Source: Chiloscyllium plagiosum
Taxonomy: Eukaryota
Assembly: GCF_004010195.1 (NCBI RefSeq)
Contig: NC_057718.1
Coordinates: 32,752,133-32,787,469, forward strand
DNA length: 35,337 nucleotides
Reading direction: 5' to 3'
Shown: piece by piece, positions 22,685 to 35,337 of the stretch
Numbering within the stretch: the first letter of the stretch is position 1
Layout of the letters: each line of letters opens with the position of its first letter
The notes under the pieces: generated by a model
Seen by the model: only the letters and a program-made list of their open reading frames with translations
What the model was told of the DNA's origin: nothing
The model's database searches: none
Made by a program: the position numbers and the translations under genes

Positions 22685-23520
22685 TAATATTCTTCACAGT
22701 ATTCCAGCTGTAGTAACACTAGTGCCTTGTATTCATTTAGCAAGACTTCCCAACTTCAATAATCCAAAACCATTGAAATAAAGCTAACATTCCGTTTGCC
22801 TTCCCTATTAACTGCTGAACTTGTGTGCTAGCTTTTTGTGGTGCTGCAGTTTTTCTCTAATTATATATTAATTTCTTCTATTCTTTCTGCCAATATGCAT
22901 TACCACATATTTTCCCATGTTATATTTCATCCCAAGTTCTTGCCCACTTACATAACCTTGCCATATACCTCTGCAGACTCACCATTTGCTTTCCCATCAT
23001 TTTTTGTCATCTGCAAACTTCGTTACAATACATACACTTCCCTTAACCAGGTTATTGATCTGTTTTCTAAAGGAATGTGGCCTCAGGACTGATCCCTGTG
23101 GCATTCCATTAGTTAAAGGTTGTAATCCTGAAAACTCACCCCATTATCACATCCTTTGGTCTTCTATTAATTAGCCAACCCTCTATCTGTGCTGAAAATG
23201 TGTTGCTGGAAAAGCGCAGCAGGTCAGGTAGCATCCAAGGAGCAGGAGAATCGACGTTTTTGGCATGAGCCCTTCTCCCAAAATGTCAATTCTCCTGCTC
23301 CTTGGATGCTGCCTGACCTGCTGTGCTTTTCCAGCAACACATTTTCAGCTCTGATCTCCACCATCTGCAGTCCTCACTTTCTCCTAGAAGATTTTAACCC
23401 TCTATCTGTGCCAATATACTGCCCTCAACACCGTGGACTCTTACCTTTTAAGTAAAATAACGTATGGTACCTTATCAAACACATTCTGAAAATCCAAATA
23501 TATTACATCCATTTTATCTA
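22685..23520 (-). mobile_element. Old CR1 RT fragment
   Basis: YLDFQNVFDKVP, GMPQGSVL, KFADDKK, YKALVLLQLEYC. Confidence 0.8.
23193..23395. mobile_element. Penelope pLTR family A fold-back insertion with 16-bp TSD
   Basis: AACCCTCTATCTGTGC at 23177-23192 and 23396-23411; ~70-bp inverted arms. Confidence 0.88.
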
Positions 23521-23534
23521 TTCTGTTTGTGGCA

Positions 23535-24290
23535 AGAACTTAAGGAATCTGCCTGGGGCTATTGATAGGTTCAGTGAGTGAGCAAGAAAAACCTGGCAGA
23601 CGGAGTTTAATGTAGGAAATTGTAAAACTATGCACTTTGGTGGATAGAATCAATGTCAGACTATTAGTTAAATGGAGAAATACATTTTTTGAGAAAATTT
23701 GTAGCTCAGGTTGATGATAAGTCTGTAAGTTAACTCACTGATCTGGAAGGTTTGTTTTCAGGCGTTTTGTCACCATGACTAGGTAACATTACCAGTGAGA
23801 GTCTCCGGTGAAGCGCTGGTGGTATAATTTTTTTTTATTTTTTAGATTTTAGAGACTAGCACAGACTCAATTGGGTTTGGTTTTACATATAACATAAAAA
23901 GTTATCCCCTGGTTACACCAAAGAATTAAGAAGATAAATGGAATTTTGATCTTCATTCCATGGAAACTGAAAATGAAAAGTAGGGAAGTATTGCTACAAC
24001 TGTACAGTGTGTTGGTAAGACTCCACCTGAAATACTGTGTACAGATTTGACCCCCTTGGTTAACCAAGGATATCCTGGCAATGGAGTCAGTTCAGATGAG
24101 ATTCATTCAGCTGATTCCTTGGATAAAGGGGCTATCATTTCAAAAGTGACTAAACAGGTTGTTAATTAGAGTTTAGAAGAATTAGGAGTGATCTTACTGA
24201 AACATGTAAGATTTTAAGGGAAGGTTAAATGGTAGGGTAGATATTGAGAAGATGTTTCCACTAGTGGGGGAAATCTCAAACTAGGGGATA
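23535..24290 (+). mobile_element. Old CR1 RT C-terminal fragment
   Basis: WQTEFNVGNCKTMHFG, LQLYSVLVRLHLKYCVQI. Confidence 0.8.
23682..23823 (-). mobile_element. Penelope-like pLTR fragment, a further family, with decayed hammerhead
   Basis: Minus strand CTGGTAA-T-GTTACC/TAGTCAT/GGTGAC-AAAACG; interrupts the CR1. Confidence 0.5.
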
Positions 24291-24429
24291 AAGTCTACCA
24301 TAGAGGAGGAGGACTCTTGTATGGAACAGGACCTACACGTTTAAGAGTAGCTATGTGCAAACAACTGAGAGCCAATGGAGAAGACAACTCGGGATGTCCT
24401 GAGCTATGGCAGTTGTGTAATCACATAGT

Positions 24430-25130
24430 CATACAGACATATCACCACAAGGATTGTGACATTCCCAACACACCAGTCCTAAAGGTTACAGCTGCCTTTA
24501 ATTTCTGTGGCATTGGATCACTTCAGGGAGATAACAGGGACCTCTGTGGCATTCCAAGCCCTCACCTTATTCCTAAATCTGGATGCTGTCTTCACAAGAC
24601 GCCACCAATTCATCTCATTTCTCTTGGTGTAGGGAGAATGGCATTAGGATTCTCAGCCCTCGCTAGCTTCCTGCATGAATTGATTGTGCCCAGATAGGAA
24701 CCAGAGCACATCAACCAGCAGTCTTTGTAAACAGTAAAGCATTCCTTTCGCTTAACATTCAAATCATTTGCGACTGTAACAGCCAGATATTGCGGGTCTG
24801 TGCTAGAAATCCAGGGAGCTGCCATGACTCATACATCATGGCCTACTATTAGCCTCCTTCAAAGGCCATACATTGTTGCTGGGTGACAAGGAATAACCCC
24901 TCCACACTTGGCTAATGTCATCTTTAACAAATTCTCAGACTGATGCTGAGAAGAGGGTACAATGTTGCCCATGCTTCAACCAGGGCCATCGTAGAACATA
25001 CTACAGGCATCCTGACGTTGAGGTTCTAATACCTGGACTGCAAAGGTTATGCTATGAGGTACAGCACATACACAGTATCTCACACCCTCATGATCTGCCA
25101 TGGTGCATTGGATAAGGCGGAGATACAGGA
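24430..25130 (+). pseudogene. PIF/Harbinger (HARBI1-like) DDE transposase remnant
   Basis: KVTAAFNFCGIGSLQG..DLCGI, SLNIQIICD, VCARNPGSCHDSYI, LLGDK, YNVAHASTRAIVEHTTGIL.LRF across frameshifts. Confidence 0.85.
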
Positions 25131-26835
25131 GCAAGAGGAAACCTGTGAGGAAAAAGATGAGGTTGAGGATCCAGAAATGGGCCAAGATGACTATTAAAGA
25201 GAGGAAGACAGTGCTTGAAAGACTGAGACAATCCTATATAGCCACCCACTTGCATGATGACTGAGCTGGGTTGAGGTTTTCTGTATTCCTGTTATTATTT
25301 CATTTGCGTGGTTGTCAGCCTGTCTGCCTTCTGCTTGCTGTATGCCACTATCATCAAAGATTGACTTGTTTTTCAATTTGGTTGTTACATGTAATTAAAT
25401 GTCGACTTTTACTTTCAGCTCTGGCTCTGATGTCTTCAACTCAGTGAAAACTAAAGTGCCTGCACAAACCTTGCTCTGAAATGACATTAGCAATAAAGCA
25501 AGTATGAGTCAGTGAGTATTTCCACCATTTCGTGCTCCTGGGTGTTTATACTAAAATGATGCTTGCGTGAAAGTCGCAACAGGAGTCCACTCTTTGGTGA
25601 ATATTCCTGAGTTGTCCCACATTGTGAGACTGCTCCATATGTGCCTTACACACTCACTATCCTTGCAGTGCTATAGAATGACTGAAAATTCACTGTATTT
25701 GTGCAATGCATGAGCATCCTCTCTAACAATTACTATGGACTATGATGTGTGAATCCATTCCTTCCTTTATGCTCTGCCATGATGGTAATTGATATGTCAG
25801 TTGCCCATTGCCAAACACACAGCCTTAAATGTTATAGTGTGGCACTTAGAACCTCAGATATGGGACAGAGTTACCTGCCTGGAGCCTGTAGACATAACAG
25901 ATTCCACCACTTTTCCCACAAGGTTCCTGCTTGGGTTTGCTAATTCCAGGCCTTGATTCCTCCTCTAGACTTATTATTACCCTCAATATCTTCAAAATTC
26001 ATTCTCTCATGAATGAATCTATCTCCAGTAATCTAATTGGCTGGTTATGAGAGTGAACTAAATAGTGGTAACTGAAATGCAGCACATTGTTTTACTGGTT
26101 GAAGATGATGCTCCACAACTTTCACTTTGGAGAATTTTATCCAGTCCTATGAGGGCAATATAACCAGAACAATGCTAGAACAGTGCAAGTATTTGTATAT
26201 TTACAGATGTACAGACTATAGCAATGGTTGAACATCCATTCCACCATTGTGTCCTCAGAAGATATCATCAGCCTGTTTCTCCCACTATGTCTGGGGGGCA
26301 AGGTCAACTTCCTCAGCCAGGGTAAAGGGAGCCTATTGGCTCTGTTGTGACTTTGAAGACTTTGGTGGATCTCCCTTGGGGACATTGAATGTAAAGGCCC
26401 CAGCCTGTTAAGTGTCTCTCTGGAAAGGTTCGGGCCCAGACTCCTCAGGGTCACTAACAGGGATAAGTGGAAAGATAAGGCACCTCTGAAGTGTCCTGAT
26501 ATGAAGATGCTGGGATGTCTGTCTGTGCTCCTTTTCCCTGTGGGTGCTTGCTGTACTGATCCTGGAGTACTTGGAGTGAAGCCAAGGTGTTTGTACTTTG
26601 TCACCTTGCCATGGGTGCTGAGCACCAATGTTTAGTGTAATCGAGTGGATAAAATGAAACAAGGACTGTAATTCTGTGGAGAGGGTGATGCATGAGAATT
26701 ACAGAAAAGGACTGTTTTTCTCTCTGTAATATATATTGCTTACAAGAAGAAAATACTCTTAGTCAACAGTGCTTTTGGTAATTTTTATAATAAAAGTTTT
26801 AATGTGTGAAATATTGTTGTGTCATTCTTTCACCC

Positions 26836-27784
26836 TGTCACAAAGCTACTCCCTTTTTTTTCTAAAAGCTGTTCCTTGCCTCAAGGAGAATCTGTCCTTG
26901 ACTTTTTTCAGAGGGGTAATAAACCAGGCCGGGCTCCAATTAGTCTGGTTTGGTACAGAGCTGAAGAGGATTTTGAGAGGCCTTTTGTTTATATGTAAAC
27001 AGATGAGACTTCAGGCCAAAGCTGTCATATTTTAGCAGGGACCTGTATAAAGAAATGGGAGTGGTCAGCTCTCTAGCTAAGCTGAGCAGTTTAGTTCAGT
27101 CTGAACTGGTAAGAAGTTCAACAGTGAGCTGTGTGGAAACTCTCACTCTTTCTGCCCTTCAACTTCAACCTGTAAGCATGTGTTCCATTTATACCGCATT
27201 TTAAAGGGAGTTTGCTTATTGGAACTGTTGGGTATATTTGGAACAGCATAATTAAGTCTAGTTTGGATAGACTGAATTCTGTAGGGGTTTTTTTGATTAG
27301 ATTAGATTCACTACAGTGTGGAAACAAGCCCTTCAGCCCAACAAGTCCACAACAACCCTCCGAAGAGCAACCCACCCAGACCCATTCCCCTACATTTACC
27401 CCTGACTAATGCACCTAACACTACGGGCAATTTCGCATGGCCAATTCACCTGACCTGCACATCCTTGGAATGTGGGAGGAAACCAGTGCACCCGGAAGAA
27501 ACCCACACAGACATGGGGAGAATGTGCAAACTCCACACAGACAGTTGTCCAAGGTGGGAATTGACCCCGGGTCCCCGGGTCCCTTGTGGGTTCTTTATTC
27601 TGTTCTTTATGTTTCATTGTATAATTTTGTGAATACATTTTTGTCTGTTTTAAAATCTAGTAGTCAATCTGGCTATCTTACTCCGGATAATGTTCACTGT
27701 ATACTTCCCAAAACAAATTGCAAAGTTATAGTCTGGGGCTGCCTGCTTAAGAATGTTTTGAGTAGTCTGACTCAGTCCATAACA
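26836..27784 (+). mobile_element. Possible solo LTR containing an HE1 SINE
   Basis: TGTCA...TAACA termini, TATAAA at ~27047, LTR-like composition; no TSD found. Confidence 0.3.
27294..27580 (-). mobile_element. HE1 / V-SINE
   Basis: V-domain TGTGTGGAGTTTGCACATTCTCCCC on the minus strand; (TAATC)n tail. Confidence 0.9.
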
Positions 27785-28149
27785 AGCCATCAGCTGGAAG
27801 TTTGAACTTTTCAAAAAAAAAGTCATAAATCTCTACAGGGATCATAACATACTTTAGACTATTTGTGCTAAATTTCATACTTCATGTGTCCTGATTTCCT
27901 TGGTCTGTCTGTAGTGCTGAAATTCATTACTCATTGTGTACTACATTTCTGAGTTTTCTACCTTCAAACTTTGACATAATGCTCTGTCTGCTCAAGGCCA
28001 GGTTAGTAACATTTAAAAGAGAAAGCAGCATTATAATACTAATTCCTATGAAACTCAACAATAGACTTTCCTTCGGTCTGAGTAACATTTCTTAGGATCA
28101 GATCAAGAAGAGGTCTTGAGTCTGTACCACCAAAACTACACTATATCTA

Positions 28150-29160
28150 CACTCGTCCCACATTCCAGTATTAAGCCCACATCTTGGAAGTTATGACATT
28201 TCAAGTGCTTATCTAAATACTTTTTAAAGACTGTGAGGTATCCTCCCTCTGGATGAAAATATTTTTCCACAACTCCCGTCTAAACCTCCTGCTTTTCACC
28301 TTAAAAGTGTGTTCCCTTGTTATTGACCCTTCAAGCAAAAGGTACAACTACTTGTACACTTCTACCATCTGTTTGAGAGCCCTAGCTAATTTCCTCTTCA
28401 CAGTGCCACCATCCCCATTATCCAATGGGATTTAGATTTTCAAACAAGTCTATATTATGTGTTACTTTATCAATTAACTTTTGAAAATCCAATGTCATAT
28501 CGCTTAACCTACACTCATCAAATCCCTCAATTACTTTATTAAAGAACTTAGTTAAGTTGGTTGAACATAATTTGCCTTTAACAAATCCATGCTGATTTTC
28601 ATTTGTTACCCAATAATTTTCCAAGTACTAATTCCTTTTTCCCAGTTTATTATTTCTGAAGTTTTCCGCATCACTGATGTAAAGTATCTGGCAAATAATT
28701 GTTGGGTTTATCCCTCCCTCCCACTTTGTTCATGGGTGCAGCATTGAGATCTTTTCAGTCCTTTGGCACAAGTCCAAAGCAAAGAATGAATAGAAAATTG
28801 TGGTCAGATGTTGTAATCTCCATGCTCACTTCCCTTAATAACGCAGGAATCTTCTCATCTAGTTCGGCTAATTTCCAACTTCAATAACAACCAATGTATC
28901 TCCTCTTATTTTTATTCAATACAAAATCATTATTATCTCTCCATTTATTGCTACATTGACAACATCCTTGTCTCTAATGAAGACAAACACAAAGTACTGA
29001 TTTAGTGCCTTAGCCATGTCCTTTTCCGCTACCAGAAAATTCATTTGGTGCCTTAATCACCACCAGTCTTCCTTTGATTATCGTTTTACTAATTACAGGT
29101 TTAAACTTTGATTTCCCCTTTATGTTTGCCTCTAATCTATCCCTCTATTCTCTCTTTGCC
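28150..29160 (-). mobile_element. Old CR1 RT fragments
   Basis: NQHGFVKGKLCSTNL..FF, LDFQKLIDKV. Confidence 0.75.
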
Positions 29161-29593
29161 CACTGACTGCCTTTTTTTTAGATCTTAATCTAAATAAAAT
29201 AGATTCAATGTTTGGACGATAGACTGTGAATTTTATTTTTCTGGTTCGTGGGTGTTTAGATTACCAGATGAAGGAGATAACTTGGCTGGTGGATTGCACG
29301 CCAGAAAAGAGCATATGCAATTTTCTATCGATTTTAAATTAATGACCAGAAAGTAGGGTGGAGTTCTTCATTGAGTCCTCCTGCTCAATTTTCTGTTACT
29401 TGCTGCACCCAAGTATTTCAATGATGCAGCTGCATGAGAATCTTGTGTTGTGTTTTGTGATGATAGTTAATGTGATAAATGCAATCATCAAAGAAATCAA
29501 GAAAATACTTCGGTCATAAGTTTAGTTTTTTAGACCTTAAGCTCTGGAGTTCTCTCCCTTAAGCACTTGCCTCCATATTTCTCTTTCCTACTT

Positions 29594-30845
29594 AGAGTCA
29601 TAGAGTCATAGAGATGTACAGCATAGAAACAGACTCTTCAGTCGAAGTCACCCATGCCGACCAGATATCCCAAACCAAACTAGTCCCACCTGCAAACACC
29701 CGGCCCATATCCCTCCGAACCCTTCCTTTCATACACCCATCCAGATGCCTCTTAAATGTTGCTATTGTACTGGCCTCCACCACTTCCTTTGACAGCTCAT
29801 TCTATACACGTACCACCCTCTCTGTGAAAAGGTTGCCCCTTAGGTCTCATTTATATCTTTCCCCTCTTACCCTAAATCTATGCCCTCTAGTTCTGGAATC
29901 CCTCACTGCAGGGAAAAGACTTTGTCTACTTATCCTTTCCATGCCCCTCATGATTTTATTAACCTCTCAGCCCTCAGCCCTCAGCCCTCAGCCTCTGATG
30001 CTCCAGGAAAAACAGCCCAGCCTATTCAACCTCTCCCTGTAGCTCAGATCCTCCAACCCTGGCATCCTTGTAAATCTTTTCTGAACCCTTTCAAGTTTCA
30101 CATCTTTCTAATAGGAAGGAGACCAGACTCCTGTACTCAATATTCTGACCAATAAAGGAAAGTATACCAAATGCCTTCTTCACTATCCTATCCACCTGCA
30201 ACTTCACTTTCAAGGAACTATGAACGTGCACTCCATAGTCTTTTGTTCAGCAACGCTCTCTAGGACCTTACCATTAAGTGTATAAGTCCTGCTAAGATTT
30301 GCTTTCCCAAAATGCAGCACCTCACATTTATCTAAATTAAACTGTATTTGGAGAGGCAAGGACTGATTATGGATAATCAACATGGATTTTTGCATGGGAA
30401 ATCATGTCTCACAAACTTGATTGAGTTTTTTGAAGAAGTAACAAAGAAGATTGATGAGGGCAGAGCGGTAGGTGTGATCTATATGGAATTCAGTAACACA
30501 TTCGACACGGTTCCCCATGGGAGACTGGTTAGCAAGGTTAGATCTCATGGAATACAGGAAGAACTAGCCATTTGGATACAGAACTGGTTCAAAGGTAGAA
30601 GACAGAGGGTGGTGGTGGAGGGTTGTTTTTCAGACTGGAGGCCTGTGACCAGTGGAGTGCCACAAGGATCGGTGCTGGGTCCACTACTTTTCATCATTTA
30701 TATAAATGATTTGGATGTGAGCATAAGAGGTATAGTTATTAAGTTTGCAGATGACACCAAAATTGGAGGTGTAGTGGACAGTGAAGGTTACCTCAGATTA
30801 CAACAGGATCGTGATCAGATGGGCCAATGGGCTGAGAAGGGGCAG
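29594..30845 (-). mobile_element. CR1 LINE with inverted 5' segment (30343-30845 on +)
   Basis: Minus part runs from [10 protein letters not shown] to the (ACTCTATG)n tail; plus part has [18 protein letters not shown] and ends at QWAEKGQ. Confidence 0.95.
29966..29993 (+). repeat. (CTCAGCC)4 tandem repeat within CR1
   Basis: Four exact 7-mers; single copy in the paralog at ~33916. Confidence 0.95.
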
Positions 30846-30846
30846 C

Positions 30847-31167
30847 TCATAGAATCACTACAGTGTGGAAGCAGGCTATTTTGGCTCATCGAGTCCACAC
30901 TGACCCTCTGAAGAGCATTCCATCCAAACCCACCCTCTCGTGTATCCCTGACTTCCCCATATCTAATCTAGCTAACCTGCACATCCCTGATCAGTACGGG
31001 CAATTTAGCATGGCCAAACCATCTAACCTGCACATCTTTGGACTGCGGTAGGAAACTGGAGCCTCCAGAGGAAACCCATGCAGACACAGGAAGAATGTGC
31101 AAACTCCACACAGACAGTGGCCCGAGTCCTTGGTGCTGTGAGGCAGCAGTGTTAACCACTGTGCCAC
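30847..31167 (-). mobile_element. HE1 / V-SINE
   Basis: Head GGTGGCACAGTGGTTAACACTGCTGCCTCACAGC and V-domain; internal duplication of AACCTGCACATC. Confidence 0.9.
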
Positions 31168-32609
31168 CCCAGATTAAGTATGTAAATTAAGTATTAAATA
31201 CTTAAATATGGTTATTGAAATCTTTATATAAAATATTGCTTGATAATCTGCCCACGAAGTGCCTTGGGGCATTTTGTTGTGTTAAAGTCATGATATAAAT
31301 ATGTGTTGTTATTTCCTGTAAGTATGCATTATAAAAATCTTTATTTAATATAAGACCTTAAACAGGTTTGTAGTGGACAAAATTTTACAATGATGGAATT
31401 TATTGCATTATTAATAAATAAAGTGCCTTTGACTATGAGTACAATATAAGAAAAATAATGCTGTTTTGAGATTAGGTTTTTAGATTCCTTGTTTGGAAAT
31501 GTATTACATTTTGTCAGATGATACAGTATTCAAATAGGAATGGACACCAATATTTGGAAAGCATTTTAAATTTCAACAATGCCATTGCTCAACCAGATCC
31601 TGACGATTCTTTAGTTACATGCATTAAGAGCTACCTTTATCTCGCTTTTAATTGACTATTGACTAATATTGCTTGCTTCCAACTGAATATGAGCTGGCTA
31701 CTTAACGCAAACCATTCATCTTATTTGTGTTTGTGTCTAACTCAGAATAGTTGTTGGTAGATCAGAGGTAGCTCACTTACTATGTCAACTGAATCTGTTT
31801 TGTATTTCTTCACCTGATACAGTATTTTCATCGTTTTCTGCTTCATGCAAAGTTTCTGTTTCTGTGAGTTATAAGATCATAAGATCATTAGACATAGGAG
31901 TGGAAGCAAGGCCATAAACCCTGACTTTGCAATCTCAGCAAGTTTGGGTTTATGTCTGGAAGAAAACCTAACATGGTAATGAGACACGTTGAGAAGTTAT
32001 CCTCCCCTTTTACGATTGCCAGTGCAAGTAAAAAGAATGTTGGGATTTTGGCCAACATTATGATTCATCGCAGCTTGTGTCATATAACAAAGCAACATTT
32101 CATAAAAGTTTTCATTCAAAACTGTCAATAATTATTGTTCCTGGAGAAGAACTATAAGAAGCTTCTGCTGTCGTGAGCAGAGCTGTGTGCCAGACCAATA
32201 CAGCAGTGAGCTGATCAGTTGGATGACTGTGCTGTAACTGAAAAGAAAGTAATAAATATTGCTGTAATTTCTTGAGATTTTGGCACAAGAGACATGTTTG
32301 ATAGTCTAATGTCCTTTGAAGGGAGTGGAAATTGAGTGGTAAAAGCAGTCACTCAACAATTGACCACTACCAACCTTGTCAGCTATGGATGAGCAATAAA
32401 TGTGGACTTAGCTGTGTTGATAACAAAAAGAAAAGATTAGTTGGAATCACTGGGGATGGAGAATTCTATCATCATCTAACAAGCATTCTTTCTTTTCATT
32501 GTAATCATCATACTCCAGTATTCTGCACTCATTTTCACTGAGTGATACAAAGACATACATTGCAAATCAGTATAGTATATGATATTTTGTTATCTTAGCT
32601 TGACCTTGG

Positions 32610-33045
32610 ATATCAGTTGTGATTCAGTTGTTAACACACATATCTTTGAATCACAAGGCTGGGTTCAAACTGCTCAGCAGGCTTTGAGGGTAAACGTTGA
32701 GGGCTAAGACTTCAATGCAGTGCTGGATGGAGCATTGCACCATTGTCTTTTGGATGAAACGATAAACTAAGGCCTCCATCTGCTTGGTGGCTGAATGCGA
32801 AAAATCCCACAGCTCGATTCGAAAGAAATGCAGTGGAACTATCGCCGGTAATCTGGCTGATATTTATTCTTCAGTCAACATCAGAAGAAACCGATTATCT
32901 GATTGTTATCACATTGCTGTTTGTAGGACTTTGTTATTGAATGAGCTGCCATGTTGTCTACATTACAATGGAAACATAACTTCAAAAAGAATTTCATTGG
33001 CTGGAAAGTACTTTGGGACACCTAGGGCTTGTCAGAAGTGCTTTT
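32610..33045 (+). mobile_element. Deu-domain SINE (DeuSINE/SacSINE1-like)
   Basis: GATTATCTGATTGTTATCACATTGCTGTTTGTAGGAC core and TTCATTGGCTGGAAAGTACTTTGGGAC tail. Confidence 0.8.
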
Positions 33046-33121
33046 TGTTTTTACTCATAAGATATCACATTAGCCTCCAGTGTCAGAGTATCTAAACGCA
33101 ACACAGCAAGTAATGTGACAA

Positions 33122-33393
33122 GGGGCGGCACAGTGGTTAGTAATGCTGCCTAACAGCACCAGAGACCTGGGTTCAATTCCCACCTCGAGCAACTGTCTGT
33201 GTGGAGCTTGCACATTCTCCCTGTGTCTGTGTGGGTTTGCTCCAGTTTTCTCCCACAGTCTAAATTGCCTATAGTGTTAGTTGAAGGGGTAAATGTAGGG
33301 GAACGGGTCTGGGTGGGTTGCTCTTCGGAGGGTCAGTGTGGACTTGTTGGGCCGAAGGGCCTGTTTCCACACTGTCAGTAATCTAATCTAATC
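33122..33393 (+). mobile_element. HE1 / V-SINE, near full length
   Basis: tRNA-derived A box, B box GGTTCAATTCC, V-domain, TAATCTAATCTAATC tail. Confidence 0.92.
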
Positions 33394-33534
33394 ATAAACC
33401 TATTGTGAGCACCCACATGTATCCTAAGGTGTTGAACTCACGAGAAAGGAAAGATATCTAATTGACATAATGGATGAATGAGCTGGAAATTCTTACCCCC
33501 AGTAGGTTTAAAGATGCTGCACTAATTAAAGTAC

Positions 33535-35337
33535 ATAGAGTCACAGAGATGTACAGCATGGAAACAGACCCTTCAGTCCAACCTGTCCATGCCGACCAGA
33601 TATCCCAACTCAATTTAGTCCCACCTGCCAGCACCTGGCCCATATCCCTCCAAATCGTTCCTATTCATTTACCCATCCAAATGCCTCTTAAATGTTGTAA
33701 TTGTATTAGCCTCCACCACATCATCTAGCAGCTCATTCCATACCAGCACCACCCTCTGCGTGTAAAAGTTGCACCTCAGGTCTCTTTTATATCTTTCCCC
33801 TCTCACCCTAAACCTATGCCCTCTAGTTCTGCACTCCCCGATCCCAGGGAAAAGAGTTTGTCTATTAATCCTATCCATGCCCCTGATAATTTTGTAAACC
33901 ACTATAAGGTCACCCCTCAGCCTCCAGGGAAAACAGCCCCAGCCTGTTCAGCCTCTCCCTATAGCTCAAATCCTCCAACCCTGGCAACATCCTTGTAAAT
34001 CTTTTCTGAACCCTTTCAAGTTTCACAACATCTTTCCGATAGGAAGGAGACCAGAATTGCACGCAATATGCCAACAGTGGCCTAACCAATGTCCTGTACA
34101 GTCGCAACATGTCCTTCCAACTCCTGTACTCAATACTCTGACCAATAAATGAAAGCATACCAAACGCCTTCTTCACTATCCTATCTACCTGTGTCTCCAA
34201 TTTCAAGGAGCTATGAACCTGCACTCCAAGGTCTCTTTGTTCAGTAACACTCTCTAGGACCTTACCATTAAGTGTATAAGTCCTGCTAAGATTTGCTTTC
34301 CCAAAATGCAGCACCTCGCATTTATCTGAATTAAACTCCATCTGCCACTTCTCAGCCCATTGGCCCCTCTGATCAAGATCATGTTGTAATCTGAGGTAAC
34401 GCTCTTCGCTGTCCACTACACCTCCAATTTTGGTGTCATCTGCAAACTTACTAACTGTATGCTCGCATCCAAGTCATTTATGTAAATGACAAAAAGTAGA
34501 AGACCCAGCGCTGATCCTTGTGGGACTCCACTGGTCACAGGCCTCCAGTCTGAAAAATAGCCCTCCACCACCACCCTCTGTCTTCTACCTTTGAGTCAGT
34601 TCTGTATCCAAATGGCTAGTTCTCCCTTTATTCCATGAGCTCTAAACTTGCTAATCAGTCTCCCATGGGGAATCTTATCGAACGCCTTACTGAAGTCCAT
34701 CTACATCACATCTACTGCTTTGCCCTCATCAATCTTCTTTGTTACTTCTTCAAAAAACTCAATCAAGTTTGATTTCCCACACACAAAGCCATGTTGACTA
34801 TCCCTAATCAGTCCTTGCCTTTCCAAATACATGTACATCCTGTCCCTCAGGATTCCCTCCAACAACTTGCCCACCACTGAGGTCAGGCTCACCGGTCTAT
34901 AGTTCCCTGGCTTGTCTTTACCGCCCTTCTTAAACAGTGGCACCACGTTTGCTCACTTCCACTCTTCTGGCACCTCTCCTGTGACTATCGATGATACAAA
35001 TATCTCAGCAAGAGGCCCAGCAATCACTTCTTTAGCTTCCCACAGAGTTCTCGGGTACACCTGATCTGGTCCTGGGGATTTATCCACCTTTAACCATTTC
35101 AAGACATCCAGCACTTCCTCCTCTATAATCTGGACATTTTGCAAGATGTCACCATCTATTTCCCTACAGTCTATATCTTCCATATCCTTTTCCACAGTAA
35201 ATACTGATGCAAAATACTCATTTAGTATCTCCCCCATTTTCTGTGGCTCCACACAAAGGCCACCTTGCTGATCTTTGAGGGGCCCTATTCTCTCCCTAGT
35301 TACCCTTTTGTCCTTAATATATTTCTAAAAACCCTTT
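33535..35337 (-). mobile_element. CR1 LINE ORF2 RT and 3' UTR, relatively young, continues beyond the window
   Basis: LNEYFASVFT, KSPGPDQVYPR, PGNYRPVSLTSVVGKLLE, LYRTLVRPLLAYC; several indels and stops. Confidence 0.97.

Noticed and set aside
24430..25130. Host HARBI1 gene
   Set aside because: Multiple stops and frameshifts; it is a transposon remnant.
26137..26628. 163-aa ORF
   Set aside because: No recognisable domain or splice context; probably decayed repeat.
33122..33190. tRNA gene
   Set aside because: The A/B boxes belong to the HE1 SINE head; no cloverleaf.

Overview
Eukaryotic, transposon-saturated, apparently intergenic or intronic DNA, most likely from a shark or ray (three HE1/V-SINE copies, Deu-domain SINEs, abundant CR1 LINEs). 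I found no intact host protein-coding gene; the recognisable ORFs are degraded transposon fragments and the rest look spurious. The window holds CR1, RTE and another CR1/L2-group LINE, a Penelope-like element (RT thumb + GIY-YIG), about seven short Penelope terminal-repeat insertions carrying hammerhead ribozyme cores, a decayed PIF/Harbinger transposase, and a minus-strand Gypsy LTR retrotransposon complex at 11.85-18.2 kb. The most striking structure is at 11996-13338. Two Gypsy LTRs are each interrupted at the same TATA-like site by stacked, 5'-truncated, poly(A)-tailed Tx1/L1-like insertions, and each insertion regenerates a ~16-bp target (ACACTCCTG(G/T)TTTTAT, 9 copies). This suggests a site-specific retrotransposon that parasitises the promoter of another retrotransposon. 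Boundaries of old elements are approximate, and family names come from recalled motifs, not database searches.
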